From Escherichia phage vB_EcoM_G2133, in sequence record MK327928.1: 64,000 nucleotides of DNA; one strand, written 5' to 3'. The notes under the pieces were generated by a model. The model ran no database searches. It saw only the letters and a list, made by a program, of their open reading frames with translations, and was not told the origin of the DNA. The stretch's first letter is position 1; each line of letters starts with the position of its first letter. The position numbers and the translations under genes are program-made. Positions 56,722 through 64,000 of this stretch are shown here, piece after piece.

Positions 56722-57108
56722 TTATTCGAGGGAAAGAAGATATTTACTCTGGTAAAACATTCCAGTAATATCATCTATAGTGCTTTGGATGGCTGGAGGC
56801 ATTTCTTTATAAATGCTGTTAGATTGGTCTAATATGCGATCAATCATTTTAATTGTGTCGGTAGGAAGTTTACTGGCATCTGGAATTGAAGGTGTGTATT
56901 TTCTACCAGAATACCCCAAATACTGCTCACCAAATTTGTCAATCAAATCTGGTAACTCGGAGAAAATAAAATCGTATGCTTTATGTCTAGCATAACTTTT
57001 AGTTTCAAAATGTGCAGAATGAAAATAAGCTTGTGCAGCCATTAATAAACCTAAGTATTCATCTGCCTTTGAAGGTTTTCCACTTTGTGAAAAGTCGCTG
57101 AATTTCAT
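56722..57108 (-). CDS. hypothetical protein
   Basis: 128-aa ORF. Confidence 0.45.
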   Translation of the reverse strand: MKFSDFSQSGKPSKADEYLGLLMAAQAYFHSAHFETKSYARHKAYDFIFSELPDLIDKFGEQYLGYSGRKYTPSIPDASKLPTDTIKMIDRILDQSNSIYKEMPPAIQSTIDDITGMFYQSKYLLSLE

Positions 57109-57398
57109 TCAGTCTCCAATTTAATGTTCATAATTCTAGCGTATGATTGTGCCATCTCCGCGCCTCGTTCTATACATTCAAAATCAGAAGAGCACGGGTC
57201 ATTTTTATAGGTCGTTCTCATAAAACTATAGAATTGTTCAGACGATTCTACGCTTTTATTTTCAAAAAGCATATAAACATGTCTAATACCAGATTCCATA
57301 AATTTATCAAAATGAGGATCGACATTCGCTTCAATTGGTGGAGATAAAGCAAATGACAATCCTAGCATGGCAAATAGTGCCGTTGCTTTTAAGGCCAT
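57105..57398 (-). CDS. rI: lysis inhibition regulator RI
   Basis: 97 aa; MALKATALFAMLGLSFALSPPIEANVDPHFDKF with N-terminal signal-anchor. Confidence 0.7.
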   Translation of the reverse strand: MALKATALFAMLGLSFALSPPIEANVDPHFDKFMESGIRHVYMLFENKSVESSEQFYSFMRTTYKNDPCSSDFECIERGAEMAQSYARIMNIKLETE

Positions 57399-57410
57399 AA
57401 AGGCCTCCTA

Positions 57411-57623
57411 TCATTTTTGTCCTGTATTTACTTTATGCCGGTGCACGGCCTTAACTTTATCAAGGTATTTTTCAAAATTTCGCAATCTAGTATAGTCTGC
57501 CGGAGATTGGTTGAGTGATACTTCTCGACGCAAAGCTGAAATGATATTTCCAACTTCCCTACGAATTTCATCTAATTGAAGCACAGTAAGATTGCGAAGT
57601 TGCTTTTCAGTTAATTGTAGCAT
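57411..57623 (-). CDS. hypothetical small protein
   Basis: 70-aa ORF preceded by a late promoter. Confidence 0.4.
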
Positions 57624-57648
57624 ATATACCCCTTTAGTTAGATAAACC

Positions 57649-57656
57649 TATTTATA
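57649..57656 (-). promoter_or_regulatory. late promoter TATAAATA
   Basis: exact TATAAATA on minus strand about 30 nt upstream of ATG 57623. Confidence 0.4.
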
Positions 57657-57665
57657 ACTTTTGCA

Positions 57666-58247
57666 CTAACCGAGCTTTTTAGTTAATTCATTCCAATGTT
57701 TTCTACACAAAGAAACATAAATTTCATCACCAATACAGATTTGATTACCTTCTTTAACTGGTGTTCCATCTTCCATTAATCGAGCTGTCATAATCGCTTT
57801 TTTGCCGCAATGACAAACTGCCTTTAGTTCAATAAGTTTATCTGCAATCGCCAAAAGTTCTTTAGAACCTTCAAACAATTTTCCAGCGAAATCAGTCCTT
57901 AGACCATAAGCCATAACAGGAACATTATATGTATCAACAATTCGACTTAATTGATGCACCTGTTCAGTTTTTAAAAACTGAGCTTCATCTACAAATACGC
58001 AATGAATATCTTTTTGTGCTTCAGCCCATTTATAGAACTCAAAAATATCCATATCATCTGTAATAATATTCGCTTCCTGTTTAATTCCAATGCGAGAAAC
58101 GACTTCGCAGACAGAATCGCGAGTATCAATAGCAGGCTTAAGAACTAATACACTCATTCCACGCTCTTTATAATTATGCGCAGCAGTCAAAAGAGAAGCA
58201 GATTTTCCAGCATTCATTGCTGCATAAGTAAAAATTAAACTCGCCAT
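57666..58247 (-). CDS. tk: thymidine kinase
   Basis: 193 aa; P-loop AAMNAGKS; zinc motif CHCGKKA. Confidence 0.8.
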   Translation of the reverse strand: MASLIFTYAAMNAGKSASLLTAAHNYKERGMSVLVLKPAIDTRDSVCEVVSRIGIKQEANIITDDMDIFEFYKWAEAQKDIHCVFVDEAQFLKTEQVHQLSRIVDTYNVPVMAYGLRTDFAGKLFEGSKELLAIADKLIELKAVCHCGKKAIMTARLMEDGTPVKEGNQICIGDEIYVSLCRKHWNELTKKLG

Positions 58248-58256
58248 ATCACCTTC

Positions 58257-58442
58257 TTAAAGCGTATTCACATAAGCTATTAATTCGTTTTCTTTCTTAT
58301 CAAACCGATCAGCAAATTCTTCCTGCTGTTCGGGAGATAACGGGCCGTATTCATCATAAAAGGTGTTTGCTTCTGTATGCTCATCTAGAAGTTCATGGAT
58401 AAGCTCAAACAATTTATCTTTTTGTTCTTTTCTTAGACTCAC
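58257..58442 (-). CDS. hypothetical acidic small protein, GTG start
   Basis: 61-aa ORF with no internal Met; GTG overlaps upstream stop (GTGA). Confidence 0.4.
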   Translation of the reverse strand: MSLRKEQKDKLFELIHELLDEHTEANTFYDEYGPLSPEQQEEFADRFDKKENELIAYVNTL

Positions 58443-58615
58443 AGTATGTCAATCCCCAAAAGTTTTAAAATGACTCGTTTCTGATTCATAACCGCTACGA
58501 TTGAATGACCGTTAGGGTCTTTTTGACCCGATCCAATTATAAATCCTTTTTGTGCAGAAAGTTCAATCAAAACATCAAGTTCACGTAATAATTGATATTT
58601 TAAATCATCATTCAT
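58439..58615 (-). CDS. hypothetical small protein, 58 aa, not in ORF track
   Basis: MNDDLKYQLLRELDVLIELSAQKGFIIGSGQKDPNGHSIVAVMNQKRVILKLLGIDIL; ATGA overlap upstream, GTGA overlap downstream. Confidence 0.4.
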   Translation of the reverse strand: MNDDLKYQLLRELDVLIELSAQKGFIIGSGQKDPNGHSIVAVMNQKRVILKLLGIDIL

Positions 58616-58839
58616 TTTGGTTTGCCTTCTTTAACGAAATCAGGATAAGGATAAAATCCCGAATAAAATCCTTCACCTTTATGATTGATGCATCCTTTAT
58701 TAGAACAATAGCACCAATAATCGAAATCACAAGCCATTTCATCATTACATAAAGCAAAAACAACAGGCCATTTACACTTTTCACAATGGGCATTTTTAAG
58801 AATACTAGTTTGGCTCATAACCATGTAACCTTTAAGCAA
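58612..58839 (-). CDS. Cys-rich small protein
   Basis: 75 aa; CEKCKW...CYCSNKGC. Confidence 0.4.
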   Translation of the reverse strand: MLKGYMVMSQTSILKNAHCEKCKWPVVFALCNDEMACDFDYWCYCSNKGCINHKGEGFYSGFYPYPDFVKEGKPK

Positions 58840-59042
58840 TATTCTTCTACGTGCTGTTTACGACCTTTCTTATCAATAAAGGTATATTCAACGAATGTTC
58901 CAATGTAGTCTTTATCTACATCATGTGGACTATTAATTGGACATTTAGTACGGCAAATGCGTTCCCATTGACGGATAATTACTGCCTTATTCTTTGGGTC
59001 ATACGGATGTGGATAATGTATATTCATAATAATGGTTCCCAA
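58815..59042 (-). CDS. hypothetical small protein
   Basis: 75-aa ORF. Confidence 0.4.
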   Translation of the reverse strand: MGTIIMNIHYPHPYDPKNKAVIIRQWERICRTKCPINSPHDVDKDYIGTFVEYTFIDKKGRKQHVEEYCLKVTWL

Positions 59043-59491
59043 TCAACAATCACAATTTCTAATTTAGAAGAATATGTATCTAAAATCCCCTCAATAATAT
59101 CCCAGTTCCCTTTACCTATGCCTGCACCAATCCTAGGCATATAGATTGTAGGTTTAATCAGTTTATTTTCACCAAACTCATTTAATTCTAACATACAATT
59201 CATTAAAGCGGAATACTCAAAATTTGGCCCTGGTTGAAATTGAGTATAAAGGTTGAAGCAATACGCTTTATGAGTCCTAAAGTATTTTTCATAGACTGAG
59301 TAAGAACCGAGTTTAGTTACATCACCCCATTCAGTCTGTAATTTATCAGCTTCCAAAATTTTAGGGAAAGCTTTGGTTAATTGACCTGCGACTCCAGCTT
59401 TCATCGTGTGAAAACAATTACATCCATGCGCAATATTTTTACCTTCAGCGAAAAGGGCGACAATATCGCCCTTAATATATTTTACAATCAT
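59024..59491 (-). CDS. macro-domain-like protein (tentative ADP-ribose binding or hydrolysis)
   Basis: 155 aa; IVALFAEGKNIAHGCNCFHTMKAGVAGQ resembles the macrodomain N-x-x-N / G-x-G core. Confidence 0.4.
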   Translation of the reverse strand: MIVKYIKGDIVALFAEGKNIAHGCNCFHTMKAGVAGQLTKAFPKILEADKLQTEWGDVTKLGSYSVYEKYFRTHKAYCFNLYTQFQPGPNFEYSALMNCMLELNEFGENKLIKPTIYMPRIGAGIGKGNWDIIEGILDTYSSKLEIVIVDWEPLL

Positions 59492-59835
59492 CTAGTACTC
59501 AATCCTCGATTATAAGAATCTACCAAACGGTCAACCATTGAATGACAAGCGGCTTTATCTTTCTCCTCCGCAACTGAGCATTCTAAGGTATTCCACTTTT
59601 TAGCATATCGTTTTAACAATGTATCGTTTTTGTATCTGCTTGATTTATCTCTTTCTCCGTCTTTATATGCATATATTAATTTCTGCGCAAATTCAGCTTG
59701 GCATGCTTTATTTTTCCCACAATAATCTGCCGCAGTGCGGTTTACATATTCTCTAATTTCAGTATATGATGTATCTGCTGACGCAGAAGCAGAAAATGAA
59801 ATTAATCCTATACATAAAACCAAAATTTTAGTCAT
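59488..59835 (-). CDS. secreted small protein (Vs-like by size and position)
   Basis: 115 aa with signal peptide MTKILVLCIGLISFSASASA. Confidence 0.4.
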   Translation of the reverse strand: MTKILVLCIGLISFSASASADTSYTEIREYVNRTAADYCGKNKACQAEFAQKLIYAYKDGERDKSSRYKNDTLLKRYAKKWNTLECSVAEEKDKAACHSMVDRLVDSYNRGLSTR

Positions 59836-60373
59836 TTACTATTTCCAAAAGTTTATTATTTTTAAGGTAGTTAGCCTTTTCTAGGACTTCAGAAGCATAT
59901 TTAGAACCTGCTTTAACATTCCATCCCGAATTATAAGAGGATATTGCTTTTCTTATATCACCCTTATGTATATTTAACCAATAAGAAAGTTCAATGTACG
60001 CCCAGGAAGCTGAATTGGATCGTTTATTCAACATTCTTTTTATTTCAGCATCGGTCATATTATAACCAAGTTCCTTAACTCTCGCTCGCATAGTAGGCAA
60101 ATAATTTTGGAACATTCCGTAGGCGTGATGCTTTGGTTTAGATTTTAAATTAACTCCGCCAGAGCTTTCTTGCCATAAAATAGCAGCCATTATATGACCT
60201 AATCCGCTCTTGTGGATATTTTTGTGTGTTTTATATTTTCCATCCTTAGAAAATTGTTCCCCGAATTGATACGCGTAACGCATGTTATCGAGTTGGACAT
60301 TACTGAAAGTATGCTCGGAGCTATGTGCCATCATTGAAATGGCCAATAGACCAGCGAGTAGTGCTTTTCTCAT
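59828..60373 (-). CDS. periplasmic lytic-transglycosylase-like protein
   Basis: 181 aa; signal peptide; LWQESSGG ... GMFQ ... SYNSGWN. Confidence 0.45.
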   Translation of the reverse strand: MRKALLAGLLAISMMAHSSEHTFSNVQLDNMRYAYQFGEQFSKDGKYKTHKNIHKSGLGHIMAAILWQESSGGVNLKSKPKHHAYGMFQNYLPTMRARVKELGYNMTDAEIKRMLNKRSNSASWAYIELSYWLNIHKGDIRKAISSYNSGWNVKAGSKYASEVLEKANYLKNNKLLEIVND

Positions 60374-60380
60374 GCTTACC

Positions 60381-60842
60381 TCATTGAGTTTTAATTACTG
60401 CTTTAGAAGCCTTTCCTGGTAAACGACGACTGTTGATAATTGCCATCCTACATTGAAGTGACGGGTCTTTGAACTTCGCGTTAGGTTTACAAACTGTAAA
60501 TCCAAGCCAAAGATTTCCATCTGTGATTTCTAAACGTCCAGGACGATATTCAACCCCATCAATAAAATCCTCGTCAATGTCAGGACGCGGAGGCATACTC
60601 AGGAATTCATTAACTTCTAAAACATGGTCTTTTATTTTATGGAATAATTCAAAAACGTATGTCTCATCAATCTCCCGTTGAATTGCGCGATCAAGAAGAT
60701 GCTGAGAATATTTTAGATGAAACGATGAGACTCCTGCTGCTTTTGATGCCTCACGAATCTCATTGTTAATTTGACGAAACTCCGACTCAAAGTGACGACG
60801 AAGCTTATTTCGACGGATAAAAACTTCTGTATTGATAGTCAT
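60381..60842 (-). CDS. regB: endoribonuclease RegB
   Basis: 153 aa; MTINTEVFIRRNKLRRHFESEF. Confidence 0.7.
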   Translation of the reverse strand: MTINTEVFIRRNKLRRHFESEFRQINNEIREASKAAGVSSFHLKYSQHLLDRAIQREIDETYVFELFHKIKDHVLEVNEFLSMPPRPDIDEDFIDGVEYRPGRLEITDGNLWLGFTVCKPNAKFKDPSLQCRMAIINSRRLPGKASKAVIKTQ

Positions 60843-60869
60843 GTTATTCTCCTCTTAACTGATAGAAAA

Positions 60870-60899
60870 ATTATACCACAGTCAAGAGGAAAAGTAAAC
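60870..60899 (-). promoter_or_regulatory. T4-type early promoter for regB
   Basis: GTTTAC (60899..60894), 18-bp spacer, gtggTATAAT. Confidence 0.6.
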
Positions 60900-60901
60900 A
60901 G

Positions 60902-61222
60902 TTATTCTTTAAATCTGATCAATTTATTCATAGACTTTGAAACTTCTGCACGAACCTCATGTAAGTTTTTAAGCTGTTCAAGACGCTGTTCATAGTAAGC
61001 AATTTCATCTTCTTCGAGACAGTCCTGTGAATCTTCTTTAAGATAGCGTGCATAGTCCTGGAAAGCTTTACGGACTACTTCCTGGAAGTCATCAAGACTT
61101 TGAATTTTCTTAGGAGCAACAGATACACGACGAGGGGCAGTATAATACTCATAACCAAACCCTGCGCTTAATTGAGCCATTAGTATTTTTCCTCTGGTTG
61201 GAACACTGCGCGACAAGCCCAC
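60902..61222 (-). CDS. hypothetical protein
   Basis: 106-aa ORF. Confidence 0.45.
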   Translation of the reverse strand: MGLSRSVPTRGKILMAQLSAGFGYEYYTAPRRVSVAPKKIQSLDDFQEVVRKAFQDYARYLKEDSQDCLEEDEIAYYEQRLEQLKNLHEVRAEVSKSMNKLIRFKE

Positions 61223-61482
61223 ATACTGGCTTCTTTGAGTTTCGTTTTAGCAATAGTTAACTGATCGAGGCTTTCGGCATAATTCTTCGCGAATTCACAG
61301 TCTTCACAATTATCTAGTGCTTCCCAAAATTCATCGTATAAAGCGTCAAAGATAAGTCCTAAACGAACTTCAGCATCTTTGATAGCATTCACTTTACCGA
61401 TTTTCTCTTCAGTATGTGGCTTATAACCTTTAATATCTTCAATCATATTTGACTTCCTCACCAGTACATAAATCATATTCAA
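61180..61482 (-). CDS. hypothetical protein
   Basis: 100-aa ORF. Confidence 0.45.
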   Translation of the reverse strand: MNMIYVLVRKSNMIEDIKGYKPHTEEKIGKVNAIKDAEVRLGLIFDALYDEFWEALDNCEDCEFAKNYAESLDQLTIAKTKLKEASMWACRAVFQPEEKY

Positions 61483-61660
61483 CTAAACGAATAGGTTCAT
61501 GAATGCCATATCCTTGAACAGAAATTTCTGTCGTAGGATAAATTCCATCAATATCACCCATGGTCCACGCTTCATTAAATTGCTGTTCGCCTGAATTACT
61601 AAACCACTCGGCGAAAGCATTTAGCACATCTTTAGAACCTTCAATAATTATCTTTGCCAT
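61439..61660 (-). CDS. hypothetical small protein
   Basis: 73-aa ORF. Confidence 0.4.
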   Translation of the reverse strand: MAKIIIEGSKDVLNAFAEWFSNSGEQQFNEAWTMGDIDGIYPTTEISVQGYGIHEPIRLVEYDLCTGEEVKYD

Positions 61661-62022
61661 TACAAACTCTCAGTAAAGGTACGAGCGATAACGTCGCGCT
61701 GCTGTTCCGGAGTCAGAGAGTTAAAGCGAACTGCATAACCGGATACACGGATGGTCAGCTGCGGATATTTTTCCGGATGCTTAACTGCATCTTCCAGAGT
61801 TTCACGACGCAGAACGTTAACGTTCAGGTGTTGACCACCTTCAATTTTAACTGTAGGCTGTTGCTCAATTTCAATTTCACGGGCATGCAAACCGTAGAAA
61901 ATTTCTGGGTCTACAAAAGAGTCCTCTTTAAAGGTTTTAGAGACAATAATTCGTGCTTGAATACCATCTTCAAAATAAATAGTACCTTTATGTGTGCCTT
62001 CAAGAATTTGATATGCTTTCAT
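61660..62022 (-). CDS. autonomous glycyl-radical cofactor (GrcA/YfiD-like)
   Basis: 120 aa; C-terminal 60 aa [59 protein letters not shown] with RVSGY glycine-radical motif. Confidence 0.7.
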   Translation of the reverse strand: MKAYQILEGTHKGTIYFEDGIQARIIVSKTFKEDSFVDPEIFYGLHAREIEIEQQPTVKIEGGQHLNVNVLRRETLEDAVKHPEKYPQLTIRVSGYAVRFNSLTPEQQRDVIARTFTESL

Positions 62023-62029
62023 ATAAACC

Positions 62030-62361
62030 TCAATTAGAAAATAAATTTATCCAAGATTGTTCTTTAATTAAAAACGGCTCAGAATCATATGCCATTAAAC
62101 TCTGTGTGATTAGTCCTTTAAAAGGTCCATCAATAAATTCCATGGTAAAATATGGAATTTTATTCATTAGCCGTGCATTAGGAGCAGTACATAAAACTCT
62201 GCATCCTTTGAATACGCCTTTTTGTAATTTGTATTGCTTGGGATAAAATTCGCTCAAAATATTATTATTCGCTAAAATTTCAAAATGATTCACCAATTTA
62301 TTTTTAATAGTTTTTGGCGAAAAATAAAGATATTCGAAAAGCTGAGTGTCTGTCATCATTG
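62030..62361 (-). CDS. hypothetical protein (start ATG 62361, ATGA overlap)
   Basis: 110 aa from [10 protein letters not shown]. Confidence 0.4.
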
Positions 62362-62943
62362 CATTCCGATTACGAAAAACTGTGGACGAGTAATACCACC
62401 AATACAACAGTTAATATTACAGCAGCAGTGTACAGTGTCAATATGGACACTATAAATCTTATCCATATCAGGAGATTTGACAGGCTCATCAATTATATAC
62501 AAAATTCGCGAAAGCGATAAACCTCTGAACTTGCTTCCTTTATTACCTATAAAACTGCGCACAGAATCAGTAAATAAACGAAAACGTATATCATCATTAG
62601 AATAACGCGAAAATTCCTTTTTAATGTTATTTGCAGAAATTTTAGCGTAAGCTGAAGTATTAGAAAGAACAATAACTGTTCCGCCATCATACAGCCAATT
62701 AGCAGCAAAGTTAGTCACAGCAATTGATTTACCGGATTGACGTCCACCATCTAGTCGAAGTGTGCAATACTGTTTAAGTAAATCTTCAAATGGCGGAATA
62801 TATTCGTTTTTACAAATTTCTTCTACTCTAGCATCAGAATGGTGTGTAAAAGCATTCATCAGGGATAGATAAGGTCCAGTTAAAAATGTTCTCATTTTAT
62901 TCTCTCTAAATTTGGGCCATTCCATGGCGCATGAATTGTCCAT
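62356..62943 (-). CDS. P-loop NTPase with Cys-rich C-terminus (start ATG 62943)
   Basis: 195 aa from MDNSCAMEWPKF; Walker A GGRQSGKS; Walker B ILYIIDEP; tail HCCCNINCC. Confidence 0.45.
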   Translation of the reverse strand: MDNSCAMEWPKFRENKMRTFLTGPYLSLMNAFTHHSDARVEEICKNEYIPPFEDLLKQYCTLRLDGGRQSGKSIAVTNFAANWLYDGGTVIVLSNTSAYAKISANNIKKEFSRYSNDDIRFRLFTDSVRSFIGNKGSKFRGLSLSRILYIIDEPVKSPDMDKIYSVHIDTVHCCCNINCCIGGITRPQFFVIGMQ

Positions 62944-63008
62944 TTCTGTATTTACCCCCTCCAAGTAATTATGATTATACTATCACAATTCTAGGAGAAA
63001 GTAAACTG

Positions 63009-63311
63009 TTATTTACCTTTAATTACTTTAGCTGCTTCGATAGCCGCTTGCTGAAGGTCATCCATAGACATACCGAATTTAGAAGCAAAGTTATCAATTT
63101 TCTTTTCGACAGCATTCAAAGGCTTGGCCTGTTTACCTTCATTAGCGCCAGGAAGAGCGAGAATACGCTCTTTGTCAATATAAAGGCTTACAAGTTTCTT
63201 ACGGTCTTTATCGGACAAATCATGAAATGAATGGGCCTTTTTATTTATAGCGGCTTCTAATTTACCTGCACTCACTCGCGCTTCAGTAATAAATTCTTGA
63301 TATGTTTTCAT
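63009..63311 (-). CDS. ipII: internal protein II (packaged in capsid)
   Basis: 100 aa; N-terminal capsid targeting sequence MKTYQEFITEA. Confidence 0.75.
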   Translation of the reverse strand: MKTYQEFITEARVSAGKLEAAINKKAHSFHDLSDKDRKKLVSLYIDKERILALPGANEGKQAKPLNAVEKKIDNFASKFGMSMDDLQQAAIEAAKVIKGK

Positions 63312-63352
63312 ATGTTTCCTTTAAATGTAAATAGGTCTGAGTATTAGCTTTA

Positions 63353-63931
63353 TTAGGAATTACGGGCTGCATTAGCAACGGCGTAAGCGTACTGAACATT
63401 AGCGTCTTTAAACGTACCTTTAGAGGTATCTAGTTCTGCCTTAAAGCCGCCTTTAGTCATAACATCGGCAAATTCTTTACGGAAAGCCATTGCATCAAGA
63501 CTTCTCCATAATGATTTGTGCTTGGCGAATTCAAGACCAGCGTAGTTGACAGCCTTAGCTAATTTGTTATCAATAACCCATTTACCAGCTTTAGGCACAA
63601 ACACCGGGCCTTTCTGTTTAGAGAACAGTTTTAAATTCCAGCGACGAAGGTCACCGTCGGCTTTAACAAAAGCTGCGTCTAAGTTACTAGCAACAACATC
63701 CTGAATATGGCCAAATTTAAGCCCATCAACTTCAATATTTAGATCGGTACGCCAGCGAAGTCCTTCCCAAGCGAAAGCTTTAAAGTCGGAAGCCTTTGTA
63801 GCTAAGTACCGTTCAATAGGAGCTGTTTTAGGGTCAAAGCCGTTTCCCGATCGGTAGGTCCACTCATCTTTATTAATGCCTTTGGCCTTTACTACAGAAG
63901 CTTCGGCAATAAATTCTTGATATGTTTTCAT
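63353..63931 (-). CDS. ipIII: internal protein III (packaged in capsid)
   Basis: 192 aa; N-terminal capsid targeting sequence MKTYQEFIAEA. Confidence 0.75.
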   Translation of the reverse strand: MKTYQEFIAEASVVKAKGINKDEWTYRSGNGFDPKTAPIERYLATKASDFKAFAWEGLRWRTDLNIEVDGLKFGHIQDVVASNLDAAFVKADGDLRRWNLKLFSKQKGPVFVPKAGKWVIDNKLAKAVNYAGLEFAKHKSLWRSLDAMAFRKEFADVMTKGGFKAELDTSKGTFKDANVQYAYAVANAARNS

Positions 63932-63959
63932 GTGTTTCCTTGTTTGTTTTGATAGAGTA

Positions 63960-63989
63960 ATTATACCATATTAATACTTAAGCGTAAAC
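63960..63989 (-). promoter_or_regulatory. T4-type early promoter for ipIII
   Basis: GTTTAC (63989..63984), 18-bp spacer, tatggTATAAT. Confidence 0.6.
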
Positions 63990-64000
63990 CGTTTAAGCTT

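Noticed and set aside
58608-58793. 61-aa ORF overlapping ORF 58612..58839
   Set aside because: Alternative frame of the same segment; the 75-aa Cys-rich frame has the coupled start and is preferred.
1-64000. tRNA genes, CRISPR arrays, group I introns, integrase or transposase genes
   Set aside because: No cloverleaf-like sequences, repeat-spacer arrays or recombinase motifs were seen; large genes are uninterrupted; the only mobile-type genes are free-standing GIY-YIG and HNH homing endonucleases.

Overview
This window reads as the early/middle region of a T-even (T4-like) phage, from the 3' end of rIIA to ipII/ipIII. Gene names are from recognised protein motifs and remembered T4 gene order, not from any database search. 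Almost every gene is on the minus strand in tightly packed, often overlapping arrays (ATGA, TAATG and GTGA start/stop overlaps). Recognisable genes include rIIA, topoisomerase gp39 (one 606-aa ORF), motB, dexA, dda, modA/modB, soc, gp56, primase gp61, sp, dmd, helicase gp41, uvsX, gp42, imm, DNA polymerase gp43, regA, gp62/44/45, gp46/47, alpha-gt, gp55, nrdH/nrdG/nrdD, endonuclease VII, pin, nrdC, rI, tk, regB, ipII and ipIII. Regulatory signals are GTTTAC-N18-TATAAT early promoters, MotA-box middle promoters, two TATAAATA late promoters and UUCG-tetraloop hairpins. No tRNA, CRISPR array or intron was seen. The strongest findings are a perfect 55-bp tandem duplication that frameshifts rIIA, an HNH endonuclease gene split by an extra copy of a 7-bp repeat, and a glycyl-radical (GrcA-like) gene whose 3' 190 bp has host-like composition. 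Other leads are a 54-aa ORF with an internal-protein-like capsid-targeting N-terminus, a lone plus-strand membrane ORF, four tandem coiled-coil paralogs, and an ATPase/nucleotidyltransferase gene cluster next to an HNH gene. I did not find one clear-cut novel multi-gene system; the candidates are listed with their limits.
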